From a bacterium (GTDB lineage: Bacteria; RBG-13-61-14; DATKZS01), in contig CAXXFL010000006.1 of assembly GCA_963674965.2 (NCBI GenBank), forward strand, positions 416,001 through 480,000: 64,000 nt of DNA. Direction: 5' to 3'. Each line of letters opens with the position of its first letter. The first letter of the stretch is position 1. Made by a program: the position numbers and the translations under genes. Below the pieces are notes generated by a model that saw nothing but the letters and a program-made list of their open reading frames with translations, did no database searches and had not been told where the DNA came from. Below, piece by piece: positions 30,689-39,871 of the stretch.

Positions 30689-32215
30689 CTATTCCATGTT
30701 GATAAGCTTCATGAGGGACTTGGCCACGTTGCCGTAGGTATAGGCGATGAAGGGCACGAATAAAAACACCGCCACCGACACCGCGGCCTTAACCATCATC
30801 CCTCCGCCGCTCCAGGTCCCGGATACGAACTTGAGGATCGGCTCCTGATGAGTGAAAACCAGGAAATAGACGATCAGGACGACTATCAGGTATCCCACCA
30901 GCTTGAACACGTCGCGGACGCCGAACAGGTACTGGGCCTTCAATTCGTCGGACGTGACAACCGGGGCCTTGATCCGGTCGGTGACATAGCTCTGAAGCTC
31001 TCTGGTCTCGCGCATTTTCGTTTCATGGCCCAGGTCGTTGAACACGTCTCCTATTACCACCAGCGTGTAGGGATTGGACTTGGAAATGGATTTCATGAGG
31101 TCCTTGGCCCCGCCGCATACGATATGCCCGCCGCCGGAGCGGCCGACGCCCGCCAGTTCCCGCAGGGCGTCGGTCATGCCTCCGTCCTCGCAAACCGGCT
31201 CGTCAACGTCGTCCTCGATTCCGCCGTTGTATTCCGCGGGGACCTCGGAGACCCCGGACTTCACCTCGCCGGCCTCGGCCGGGGCCTCCTCTTCCTCGGC
31301 TTCCTCGCCCTGGTAGAGCCGCACGAGCTCGACGGCCGCGTTCCATTTGTTCGCGATCTTGACCACTTCCCGGTAGGCCTCGGAGTTGGCGTCGAAGGTT
31401 TCCTGAATCCAAAGGATATTGGTCGAGGCCATGGCGGCGCTGAATTCCTTAATATCGGGCACGGTCGAGACGACCTCTGGTATCCACTTCGAAATGGACG
31501 AGTCCTTGGGAAGGTAGGTCAAGGACACGGAACCGTTTTGGGACCACACCTTGAAGCCGGCCCCGGACGTGCGCTCGTCCCTGGCCAGGGCCAGACGCGT
31601 CCGCGCCGCCAGCGCCAGGTCGTGCATGGTCCTTTTCGAGGCCGGGGTCATCTGGAAGTCGGGAAGCTGAGCCACTCCAATAAGGGCGGCCACGGCGTTA
31701 TCCACGCTCATCTGCTCGAGGTTGACCGTAAGATCGTATTGTCCCGCGTCCTCCCAGGACGTCTGGTACATGGAACTGACCCAACGGTTCCAGTCCTCAT
31801 CCACGTCCTCGATGTACTTGACCGCCTTCTCGTGATCGAGGCCCAACTGGGACATGGCCGCCCGAACCCGCCGCTCGTCGCTCGTCACCACCCGAAGCCG
31901 GAGCACGTGACTTACTCCCGGCAGGAGAAGATGGCCCGTGCGGCCGTGGTAAACCAGGCGGCCCTCCTCCGCTCGGTCGCAAAGATAAGCGGTGCTGAAG
32001 GCCCGGTAATGCTCCTTCTCCACCGCCAGCCTCTCGCTGAAAATACTCGGCTTGAGCATGGCCATCTCCAGCTTGCCCACGTGGATGCCATCCTTGATCG
32101 CGGCCTCCACCATCTCCTCACGGCTCAGGCAGGCGTAATCGAGCTTTTGAGCCAGCCGCTCGGCCATCTCCTTGCCCCCGGAGTAGGGGCCTCTTGAAAT
32201 ACAAATAATCTGCAT
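30689..32215 (-). CDS. Cytidylate-kinase-like family protein with C-terminal TMs
   Basis: IICISRGPYSGGKEMAERLA, VYHGR, YDLTVN; two C-terminal TMs. Confidence 0.8.
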   Translation of the reverse strand: MQIICISRGPYSGGKEMAERLAQKLDYACLSREEMVEAAIKDGIHVGKLEMAMLKPSIFSERLAVEKEHYRAFSTAYLCDRAEEGRLVYHGRTGHLLLPGVSHVLRLRVVTSDERRVRAAMSQLGLDHEKAVKYIEDVDEDWNRWVSSMYQTSWEDAGQYDLTVNLEQMSVDNAVAALIGVAQLPDFQMTPASKRTMHDLALAARTRLALARDERTSGAGFKVWSQNGSVSLTYLPKDSSISKWIPEVVSTVPDIKEFSAAMASTNILWIQETFDANSEAYREVVKIANKWNAAVELVRLYQGEEAEEEEAPAEAGEVKSGVSEVPAEYNGGIEDDVDEPVCEDGGMTDALRELAGVGRSGGGHIVCGGAKDLMKSISKSNPYTLVVIGDVFNDLGHETKMRETRELQSYVTDRIKAPVVTSDELKAQYLFGVRDVFKLVGYLIVVLIVYFLVFTHQEPILKFVSGTWSGGGMMVKAAVSVAVFLFVPFIAYTYGNVAKSLMKLINME

Positions 32216-32229
32216 CGCAACTTCCTTTG

Positions 32230-32697
32230 TTAACTTCCCGAGCCGCCGACGTCCCGGCGACCGTCCCCGTTGCCCACCGGCGACGTCTTCCTGGAGGGAA
32301 CTATCACCGGACATCCCAATTTATCTTGAATTTTCAGCAGCCAATGAGATTTGTGCCGCCTGGTCTTCTCGTCCATCAAGTCATGGCCGCCGCCCCACAC
32401 GATCGACTGGACCCCGCCCGACTCGGCGAAGTACTTCATAAGCTCCGAGGAAAAATCCCCCGTCCTTACAAGGCCGTCCACGGAAATACCTTCCTTTTTC
32501 ACGGACTCGACCTGGCCATTAAGATCATTCATGGCCGCGTCCAAATTCTGGCCATCATCGGGACCGGGACCGTCGGAGGATAAAAGGCGGAAAAGTACTA
32601 TCGAGGAATCGGTGCGCTGAGCAAGGCCCACGGAGTATTCTATCGCCTCCGAGCGCGCCTCGTTTTGATCGAACAGAACTAGAATTTTTTTCGCCAT
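32230..32697 (-). CDS. Universal stress protein-like
   Basis: KKILV, AIEYSVGLA, CPVIVP; start placed downstream of the sigma54 promoter. Confidence 0.72.
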   Translation of the reverse strand: MAKKILVLFDQNEARSEAIEYSVGLAQRTDSSIVLFRLLSSDGPGPDDGQNLDAAMNDLNGQVESVKKEGISVDGLVRTGDFSSELMKYFAESGGVQSIVWGGGHDLMDEKTRRHKSHWLLKIQDKLGCPVIVPSRKTSPVGNGDGRRDVGGSGS

Positions 32698-32734
32698 AAT
32701 TGTTTTTCCAAGATGGATTTGTAATCCCATTAAG

Positions 32735-32749
32735 GCAACGGGCGTGCCA
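32735..32749 (-). promoter_or_regulatory. Sigma54 -24/-12 promoter
   Basis: TGGCAC-GCCCG-TTGC, exact consensus spacing. Confidence 0.85.
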
Positions 32750-32842
32750 TGCGGAAAAAATTAAATTGCAAGTAGCTGAAATAAATAAAATAAATCTTGT
32801 CTTTTGAACGACATTTTAATCTTGCATAAGCGGGGGTTTCTC

Positions 32843-32948
32843 GTTGCAGATTTCAACGGCAAGATGGCATAAAATGTTTAAGCGTAAGATTTAAAAGGCA
32901 TTAATAGTGGAAGGTGAATATTACAACGCTCATGTTGCGAAATTCAAC
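32843..32948. promoter_or_regulatory. Putative enhancer (UAS) palindromes for the adjacent bEBP
   Basis: GTTGCAGATTTCAAC (32843) and GTTGCGAAATTCAAC (32934), 95-200 bp upstream of the promoter across an AT-rich spacer. Confidence 0.65.
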
Positions 32949-32950
32949 GG

Positions 32951-34306
32951 TCAGTCCTCGATCTCGGAGCGCTTAAGGTGACGCCATAAGGTCGCCCGGT
33001 CGATCTCGAGCAGCTTGGCCGCCTGTGTTTTGTTCCGGCCCGTTTGCTTTAGCACCCATTGGATGTACTCGCGCTCGATTTCGCTGAGGGGCTTGATCTT
33101 CTGGTCCGGATAATCGAAGGAAAAGAAGTCCATCTCCGAGAGGTCGGAGGGAAGGTCCTCGACCTTGATCTCCTCGCTCCGCGCCATGGCCACGGCGTGC
33201 TCGATAATGTTCTCGAGCTCGCGGGCGTTGCCCGGATACTCGTAGTCCATAAGCAGCTTCATGGCCTTGTCGGAGACTCCCTTGATATCCCTTCCCGACC
33301 GCCTCGCCGCCCGGTCCAGGAAATAGTGGGCCAGGAGGGCGACGTCCCCGCCCCGCTCTCGAAGCGGCGGGATATGGATCGAGATCACGTTGAGGCGAAA
33401 ATACAGGTCCTGCCGGAATATCCCGGCCTTGACCGACTTCTTCAGGTCCTGGTTGGTGGCCGCGATGACGCGGACGTCGATGGGCACGGGCTGGTTGCCG
33501 CCGACCCTTATTACCTCCTGTTCCTGGACCGCCCGGAGCAGCTTGATCTGCATGGGCATGGGCATGTCGCCCACCTCGTCGAGGAACAGGGTCCCGCCGC
33601 TGGCCGTCTCGAGGAGCCCGGCCTTGCCCGAGTCCGCGCCGGTGAAGGCGCCTTTTTCGTGCCCGAAAAGCTCGTTGGCCAGAAGCTCGTCGGTAAAGCC
33701 GCCGCAGTTGATGGCCAGGAACTTCCCCTCCGCCCGAACGCTGTGGCGGTGCATGATGGAGGCGGCCAGTTCCTTGCCCGTGCCGGACTCCCCGGTGATG
33801 ACCACGTTGCAGTCGGCCTTGGCGGCCTGCTTGAGGAGCTTGACCACCTCGACTATGCCGGGGCTGCGGCCTATCATGACCGGCTCGCCCGGATCGGCTC
33901 GAAGCCGCGACTCGAGGTCCTTCACCTGCTCGCGGAGCCGCCGCTTCTCGATCGCCCGGCTGGCCAGGTGCCGGACCTCGTCGGGGCGGAAGGGTTTCTC
34001 CAGGTAGTGGTAGGCGCCCCTCTTCGTGGCCTCGATGGCGGTGGGGATCGAGGCGTAACCCGTGACCACTATCACCTCCGTGTCCGGATACTTGAGCTTG
34101 ATCTCGGAAAGAAGCTCGAGCCCGCTCATGGGCTCCATGATAAGGTCCGTGATCACGAGGCTGAAAGACTCGCGGGAAAGAAGTGACACGGCCCCCTCCC
34201 CGTCCTTCACCACCCGGACCTTGTAGCCGTCCTTGGACAGGAGACGCCGCAGGTTCTTGCCCGCGGTCTCGTCGTCGTCAACGACCAATATAGCAATTTC
34301 ATTCAT
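32951..34306 (-). CDS. Sigma54-dependent response regulator (NtrC family)
   Basis: Receiver, GESGTGKE, ELFGHEKGAFTGA, FLDEVG, Fis HTH. Confidence 0.96.
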   Translation of the reverse strand: MNEIAILVVDDDETAGKNLRRLLSKDGYKVRVVKDGEGAVSLLSRESFSLVITDLIMEPMSGLELLSEIKLKYPDTEVIVVTGYASIPTAIEATKRGAYHYLEKPFRPDEVRHLASRAIEKRRLREQVKDLESRLRADPGEPVMIGRSPGIVEVVKLLKQAAKADCNVVITGESGTGKELAASIMHRHSVRAEGKFLAINCGGFTDELLANELFGHEKGAFTGADSGKAGLLETASGGTLFLDEVGDMPMPMQIKLLRAVQEQEVIRVGGNQPVPIDVRVIAATNQDLKKSVKAGIFRQDLYFRLNVISIHIPPLRERGGDVALLAHYFLDRAARRSGRDIKGVSDKAMKLLMDYEYPGNARELENIIEHAVAMARSEEIKVEDLPSDLSEMDFFSFDYPDQKIKPLSEIEREYIQWVLKQTGRNKTQAAKLLEIDRATLWRHLKRSEIED

Positions 34307-34502
34307 CTAACGCTCCCCGGGCAATCCGCCCGGAATGAACGCGAGTATAACAAAATCGAACTAACCTGACAAAAGTGGAGATCATAGAAAGGAATGGCCG
34401 GGTAAAGCGAATGGTTATATAATATAGCATATCAATTCAGTCGCGGGCGCGTCAAAAAAGCCCGGGGCCTGAAAGCCCGCGTAAAAGAGCTATTAAAACC
34501 GC

Positions 34503-34538
34503 GGTCCCCATCCGACTGCTAAGGGGCGGATGGGGACC
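34503..34538. terminator. GC hairpin downstream of GH97 gene
   Basis: GGTCCCCATCCG...CGGATGGGGACC 12-bp stem; no clear U-tract. Confidence 0.45.
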
Positions 34539-34555
34539 GGGCTGCTTGCAAGGTT

Positions 34556-36439
34556 TCAGCCGGGCGTGATCATGGCCACCAGGCCGCCGCCGGGTCGCAT
34601 GGCGGCCTCGATCTTTCCGTCCGAATCGAGCTCGATCTCTTGGCGCCTGAACGCCGCGGGGTTGTCCATTTCGTCGGACAGGACCACGGCGTGGCCGGGA
34701 CCGTCCAGGAAGTCGGTCTCGATGGTTATGTCCCGCCGTCCGCTTCCGTTCAGCACGCCAACGTACCACACGTCTCCCTTGCGCCGGGCAAAGGCCGCCA
34801 GTTCTCTTATCTGGCTCTGAGGGAGGACTATGGTCTCGTCCCAGGTGGCGGGAAGCTTTTTCATGATCTCGATGGCGGGAGCGGCCGGCGGGTTTTCAAG
34901 GTACATCTCCGGCTTGTCCGCGTAGTGGGTGACCGAGGAGAAAAGCGCTATGGGCAGGGCCAGTTGATGGGCGTAGCTGGTCTTGCCGAGCTTTTTGGGA
35001 TTGAAGGTCACGGGCGTGTAGTCGGCATGTCCGGCCAGGAGCCTGGTAAAGGGCAGTCCGCAGTTGTGCTCGGGCGTAAGGGGTTTCAAGGAGAACTTGT
35101 TGTACTCGAGTCCACGGACTCCTTCCCTGGTCATCTCGTTCGGATATGTCCTGGACTCGCCCGCCGGCTTGTTGGCGCCGTGGAAGTTGATCATCAGCTT
35201 GTGGCGAGCCCCGTCAATCAGCGCCTTCTCGTAGAACTCGAGTTTCTTGTGGCTCTCGCTGTCCATGAAGTCGATCTTAACCCCCACGGCCCCGGTTTGC
35301 TTGACGTTGGTGAAATAATAGTTTCGCCGCTCGTCGTCCAGGATCATCTGGTGGGCCTTCCACACCCACACGTCCACGCCCTTTGTCTTGGCGTAGTCCA
35401 CCAGGTCCGCCATCACGGCCCACTTGTCCTTGCCCAGGCCGCCCCACCGCTCCCATCCGTCGTCGACCAGGATGTACTCGAAATTGAGGGCCGCCGCCGC
35501 GTCCACGTATTCCTTCTGGCGCTCGGGGGGGGAGGTGTTTTCCGACCACCAGGACCACAGCGACCTGCCGGGCTTGATCCATTCCTCCGAGCCCTCGAAA
35601 AGCCCGGGGTCGGGAGCGGGACTAAGGTTATGGACCGCGTCGCAGTTGACCAGCCCGTTAAGGTCGTCGGCCGTCATGATCACTCGCCATGGCGAACGGA
35701 CCATCCCGTCTCCGTCGGGGGCCACGCTCCAGGTTTTATCGTCCTTGAACTCGGCCTTGAAAAGACCACCGCCCGCGCCGTCGAGGGACATGCCGCTCCA
35801 GCCGTGGACGTCGGCCTCCGTCACGGCGGCGTAGCCCGAGCCGGGAAGCTTGAAGGTAATGGGAACGGCCACGTCGGCGCCAAGCAGGTCGGCGGGCGTT
35901 TGTCGAATCCAGCCCTCGTGGTTTCGAAGGTTCTTATGGTAATAAGCCACGCTTTTCCTGGGGACTTTAAAACTCGTGGCCTCCCCCTTTACCTCGAGTG
36001 GCGAAGACGAGGCCACCACGTACCTGAAGGCCGCCGCGTCGTCGTAAACCCGGACCTCGAGACTCCACCGGTTTCCAATTGGCAAGAGCGCGCTCGAGCA
36101 ATGGTCAACCGCCACCGAGTGAGCGCCGCGAAGGGGGCTTTCGGTTTTTATGGTCAGGACCTTGTAAGTCCCCTCGACCCGGGCGCCAACGCCCATGTCT
36201 CCGGCGTCCGTCACAAGGCCCAGGCGCGAGCGCTCGATAATCGCCTTGCCCGCGCGTCGCATCTCGTAACAAAGACATCCGTCCGGGACGGTCATGACCG
36301 TAAACTCGACGGCCCCCTTCGGGCTTTTTACCGCGGCCTTCCCACCGGCGGCCTCCTCGGCCCCGGCCTCGAGCACGGCCGTGAAAGTGGACGCCGCCGC
36401 GCCCGCTCCTATTACTTTAATGAAATCTCGTCTGTACAT
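34556..36439 (-). CDS. Tat-exported glycoside hydrolase family 97
   Basis: RRDF Tat motif, SPWRV, WIKPG..WSWW, YILVDDGW, GVKIDF, INFHG, EGVRGLE, DYTP. Confidence 0.92.
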   Translation of the reverse strand: MYRRDFIKVIGAGAAASTFTAVLEAGAEEAAGGKAAVKSPKGAVEFTVMTVPDGCLCYEMRRAGKAIIERSRLGLVTDAGDMGVGARVEGTYKVLTIKTESPLRGAHSVAVDHCSSALLPIGNRWSLEVRVYDDAAAFRYVVASSSPLEVKGEATSFKVPRKSVAYYHKNLRNHEGWIRQTPADLLGADVAVPITFKLPGSGYAAVTEADVHGWSGMSLDGAGGGLFKAEFKDDKTWSVAPDGDGMVRSPWRVIMTADDLNGLVNCDAVHNLSPAPDPGLFEGSEEWIKPGRSLWSWWSENTSPPERQKEYVDAAAALNFEYILVDDGWERWGGLGKDKWAVMADLVDYAKTKGVDVWVWKAHQMILDDERRNYYFTNVKQTGAVGVKIDFMDSESHKKLEFYEKALIDGARHKLMINFHGANKPAGESRTYPNEMTREGVRGLEYNKFSLKPLTPEHNCGLPFTRLLAGHADYTPVTFNPKKLGKTSYAHQLALPIALFSSVTHYADKPEMYLENPPAAPAIEIMKKLPATWDETIVLPQSQIRELAAFARRKGDVWYVGVLNGSGRRDITIETDFLDGPGHAVVLSDEMDNPAAFRRQEIELDSDGKIEAAMRPGGGLVAMITPG

Positions 36440-36492
36440 GATCGTCCTTTCCAACGTTAAAGTACCGGCCCCGGGGGGGGCCTTCGCTCCAT

Positions 36493-37473
36493 CTATTTAA
36501 CCGTCGCCTCGACCACCCCGGTGAAGACGTTGGCTTTAAGTCTTATGGTTATTGGCGACTTGCCGTAGGCCTCGTTCACGTAGGCGCCGCCCTCGTATTT
36601 TAGTCCGTCAACGTTCACGGTCCCCACCTTGGATTTGGCCTCGAGCCTGACGCCCACGTCCCGGGGAAGAGTCAGGGTTATCTTTCCGGCCCTGGTGTTG
36701 AGGTTGCCGGTCACGACCTTTTTCCAATCGCCGCTTAAATCGGCGTTGATGGAGCCGGTGGTGGATTTAAGATCTATGTTTCCGCCGCCGTCGTATGTCC
36801 CCTTCATCTCGAGCTTCAGAGCTCCGGCGGCGCCGTCCAGGTCCACGTCCACGGCCGAGCCGAAGTTTCCCGAGGCCAGGACCGCGAGGGACCCTCCGTT
36901 TACCCGTCCCCTCAGGGAGGTCAACTGGGGATAGTCGCCCTCCATCTTCACGTCCACGTCTCCCGCGTCGGTCTTGAAATGGACCGTCTGAAGAGATGGA
37001 TACCTGCCGGCCATGTCAATGATATTGTCTCCCGCGTCGGAATCGAGGTCGAGCGTTTTGAGGTCGAGTCCCTCCAGGATGAGCCTTGACTTGCCCGCGT
37101 TAAGATCGACCTTCAGGTCGATGGGAAGGCCGTTATTCAGCTTTATGTCCCATTCGTTTTCCCTGTAGGCCACGTGGCCCTTGACGGCCTCCTGCCTCAC
37201 CTCGAGGCGACCGTGCCCTTCAACCACCTCGTAGCCGACGTCGGGCTTCCAGGCCTCGTGGCCAAAGCGAAACTCCGCGTCCATAAGGTCTTTGGCCCCG
37301 CCCTTGACGGTAAGCTCGCCGTGAAGCATCTTTAAAAACACGGAGGCGCCTTGCGCGCCGCCTATCTCAACGTTTTTCGTCTCGATGCTGAGCTTGGCCC
37401 AGGCCGCGGCGCTCGCGGCCAGAATGACGAACGACAAAGCGATCGCTTTCTTCCCTCTCAGTAACGGATTCAT
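36493..37473 (-). CDS. Exported beta-repeat protein (toast-rack/DUF2154-like)
   Basis: Signal peptide, GELTVKGGA, NEWDIKLN, repeated AG-containing beta units, YVNEAYGKS. Confidence 0.65.
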   Translation of the reverse strand: MNPLLRGKKAIALSFVILAASAAAWAKLSIETKNVEIGGAQGASVFLKMLHGELTVKGGAKDLMDAEFRFGHEAWKPDVGYEVVEGHGRLEVRQEAVKGHVAYRENEWDIKLNNGLPIDLKVDLNAGKSRLILEGLDLKTLDLDSDAGDNIIDMAGRYPSLQTVHFKTDAGDVDVKMEGDYPQLTSLRGRVNGGSLAVLASGNFGSAVDVDLDGAAGALKLEMKGTYDGGGNIDLKSTTGSINADLSGDWKKVVTGNLNTRAGKITLTLPRDVGVRLEAKSKVGTVNVDGLKYEGGAYVNEAYGKSPITIRLKANVFTGVVEATVK

Positions 37474-37746
37474 GCGTCTTCCTCCTTTAGCGTGAAACGC
37501 CCGGCCATTGGTTACATTGAATGTATTCACAGGACATGGGATTTTGCCCGTTTCCCCTTATGTTGTATACCACGTCAAGATGAAAATACAATATGGGGGA
37601 AGGCCGCCCCGTTGGCGTCCGTATGATTATTTTCCCCGAGCCTAAAAAGTTCAGTTGCTTAAAACTCCCAGTCTGTCGTATTATTATGTTCGAGACCGGG
37701 GCCCCATTTAGCTGGGGCGTTTGGTTTTCTCGCTAATTCACGGAAC

Positions 37747-38871
37747 ATGACGGACATGACCAAGGAAACCTTGAAGTTTGGGCGATACGAGGCCATAGGC
37801 GAACTTGGCCGCGGCTCGATGGGCGTGGTTTACAAGGCCCGCGACCCGGTCATAGGGAGGATGGTCGCCATCAAGAGCATCCCCGAGACCTTCGGCCTGC
37901 GCGACAACAAAAGGGAGGAGTTCATACGGCGCCTTCGCCAGGAGGCCATGACGGCCGGACGTCTTCAGCATCCCTCCATCGTGACCATCCACGACGTGGG
38001 CGAGACGGAGATCGGCCCCTTCATCGCCATGGAGTACCTGGACGGGGTCACCCTGCGGGACGTGATCTCGGCGGGCAAGCAGCTCAGTATGCCCCAACTT
38101 CTCGACATCGTGACCCAGGTGGCGGACGGCCTGGACTACGCCCACTCGAAGGCCATCATCCACCGCGACGTCAAGCCCGCGAACCTGATGATAGTGGCCG
38201 ACAACCGGGTGAAAATAATGGACCTCGGCATAGCCCGCATACCCATGAGCGAGCTTACCAAGGAGGGCAAGCTGGTGGGGTCGCCGAGCTACATGTCGCC
38301 CGAGCAGCTTACGGGCAAGAAGATCGACGGACGGTCGGACCTTTTCAGCCTGGGCGTGTGCGTCTATCAGCTTATGACCTTTAAAAAGCCTTTTCCCGGC
38401 GAGTCGATCAGCGAGATATGCTACAAGATCGTCAACGACGACTTCGTAGCTCCCTCCGAGCACTGGAGCGACGCCCCTCCCGAGTTCGACGACTTTATGA
38501 GGGTCGCCCTGTCCAAGCGCCCGGAAGACCGCTTTCAGACGGGCAAGGAACTGGTGGACGCGTTGATGGTGGTGGCCGAGCGCTCGGGCATAGACTTAAG
38601 TCCGTCCGAGGACCTGGAGACGGCGACCTCCAGCATCAAGGTCTCGGCCATGTCCGGCCGCAAGGACGATAAAGGGACCGTCTCGAACCCGGCCATGACC
38701 CACAGCTCCACCATAGACACAATCTTCAAGGACCTGACCTATACCGCTCGCACGGTGGACCTTAGCAAACAGAGCGCGGCGGGCTCGTCGGGCCCGAGCC
38801 CGTGGATGATAATAGTGGGCGCCGCCCTTTTGGGCGCGGCCGTTGTCGCCCTTCTTCTTTGGCTATTTTAA
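37747..38871 (+). CDS. Ser/Thr protein kinase with C-terminal membrane anchor
   Basis: LGRGSMGVVY, VAIK, HRDVKPAN, DLG, GSPSYMSPEQ; terminal hydrophobic helix. Confidence 0.94.
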   Translation: MTDMTKETLKFGRYEAIGELGRGSMGVVYKARDPVIGRMVAIKSIPETFGLRDNKREEFIRRLRQEAMTAGRLQHPSIVTIHDVGETEIGPFIAMEYLDGVTLRDVISAGKQLSMPQLLDIVTQVADGLDYAHSKAIIHRDVKPANLMIVADNRVKIMDLGIARIPMSELTKEGKLVGSPSYMSPEQLTGKKIDGRSDLFSLGVCVYQLMTFKKPFPGESISEICYKIVNDDFVAPSEHWSDAPPEFDDFMRVALSKRPEDRFQTGKELVDALMVVAERSGIDLSPSEDLETATSSIKVSAMSGRKDDKGTVSNPAMTHSSTIDTIFKDLTYTARTVDLSKQSAAGSSGPSPWMIIVGAALLGAAVVALLLWLF

Positions 38872-38886
38872 GGAGGAACTTTTCCC

Positions 38887-39819
38887 ATGAGACTACGGTG
38901 TCCAGGCTGCAAGGTCACGCTCCAGGTTGAGGAGCACCTTGAGGACCGCAAGATGCTTCTGCAATGTCCGGACTGCATGATGGTGTTCATGTCCCGCGAC
39001 GCCGAGAGGGTCGCCGAGGAGGACAACCAGGTCGTCTTCGAGGCCCCCGAGGACGCGACCCTTCTCACCACCGACTACGCCGCCACCGGGGATTCCCGGG
39101 AGTTCCAGTGGAACCTGCCCGGGGCCAGCGTCACGGTCATCGAGGGCGACAACCAGGGCGTTCACATGAAGCTCCGGAAGGGAAGCATGGTTTTCGGCCG
39201 CAAAGGCGCCGACCTCGAGATCGAAGACAAGGCGGTGAGCCGGAAACACTGCGAGATCGCCCGGCGCGACGACGGCTGGTGGGTCAAGGACCTGGGATCG
39301 ACCAACGGGACCTTCGTGAACGGCGATAAGATAGGCGAGTTCAAGCTGCGGCACCTGGACGAGATCAGGGTGGGCAAGACCAGGATACTATTCGCCGAGA
39401 CCATGGCGGAAAAGGACCACACCCTCGCCGAGCGCGAGGATGAAGAGCGTCCGGGCGGCGACGAGACCAAGATCAGCGAGGATGGGCGAGAATCCGAGCG
39501 GCCCCTGCCCCAGGGACGGGAGTTCTATTTCGAGTTTATGACCGGCGCGAAAAAGGCCAGGAGCTACCAGTTCGAGAGGTCCAAGGTCATCCTCGGGCGG
39601 GGCGAGGAGGCCGACGTGCTCCTGGACGACGAGGGAGTCTCGAGAAAGCACGCCCTGGTCGAGGTATACTCGCGCGACCAGGTATACATCCAGGACCTGG
39701 CCTCCCACAACGGGACCTGGCTCAACGGCATCAAGACCAAGAACACCAAGCTCCTTCACGGCGACCTCATCCGCATGGGAGACACGGTGCTTAAGTTCAT
39801 CGTCAAGGATTCTCCATGA
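38887..39819 (+). CDS. Zinc-ribbon + tandem FHA domain protein
   Basis: CPGC...CPDC; two GR...VSRKH...DL.S.NGT FHA motifs. Confidence 0.9.
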   Translation: MRLRCPGCKVTLQVEEHLEDRKMLLQCPDCMMVFMSRDAERVAEEDNQVVFEAPEDATLLTTDYAATGDSREFQWNLPGASVTVIEGDNQGVHMKLRKGSMVFGRKGADLEIEDKAVSRKHCEIARRDDGWWVKDLGSTNGTFVNGDKIGEFKLRHLDEIRVGKTRILFAETMAEKDHTLAEREDEERPGGDETKISEDGRESERPLPQGREFYFEFMTGAKKARSYQFERSKVILGRGEEADVLLDDEGVSRKHALVEVYSRDQVYIQDLASHNGTWLNGIKTKNTKLLHGDLIRMGDTVLKFIVKDSP

Positions 39820-39822
39820 AAA

Positions 39823-39852
39823 TCGCCGGGGCCTTTCTCGGGTCCCGGCGAC
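39823..39852. terminator. Hairpin between convergent FHA and MCP genes
   Basis: TCGCCGGG...CCCGGCGA stem preceded by an A-run. Confidence 0.5.
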
Positions 39853-39871
39853 TTGATATTACTTGGGCAAA

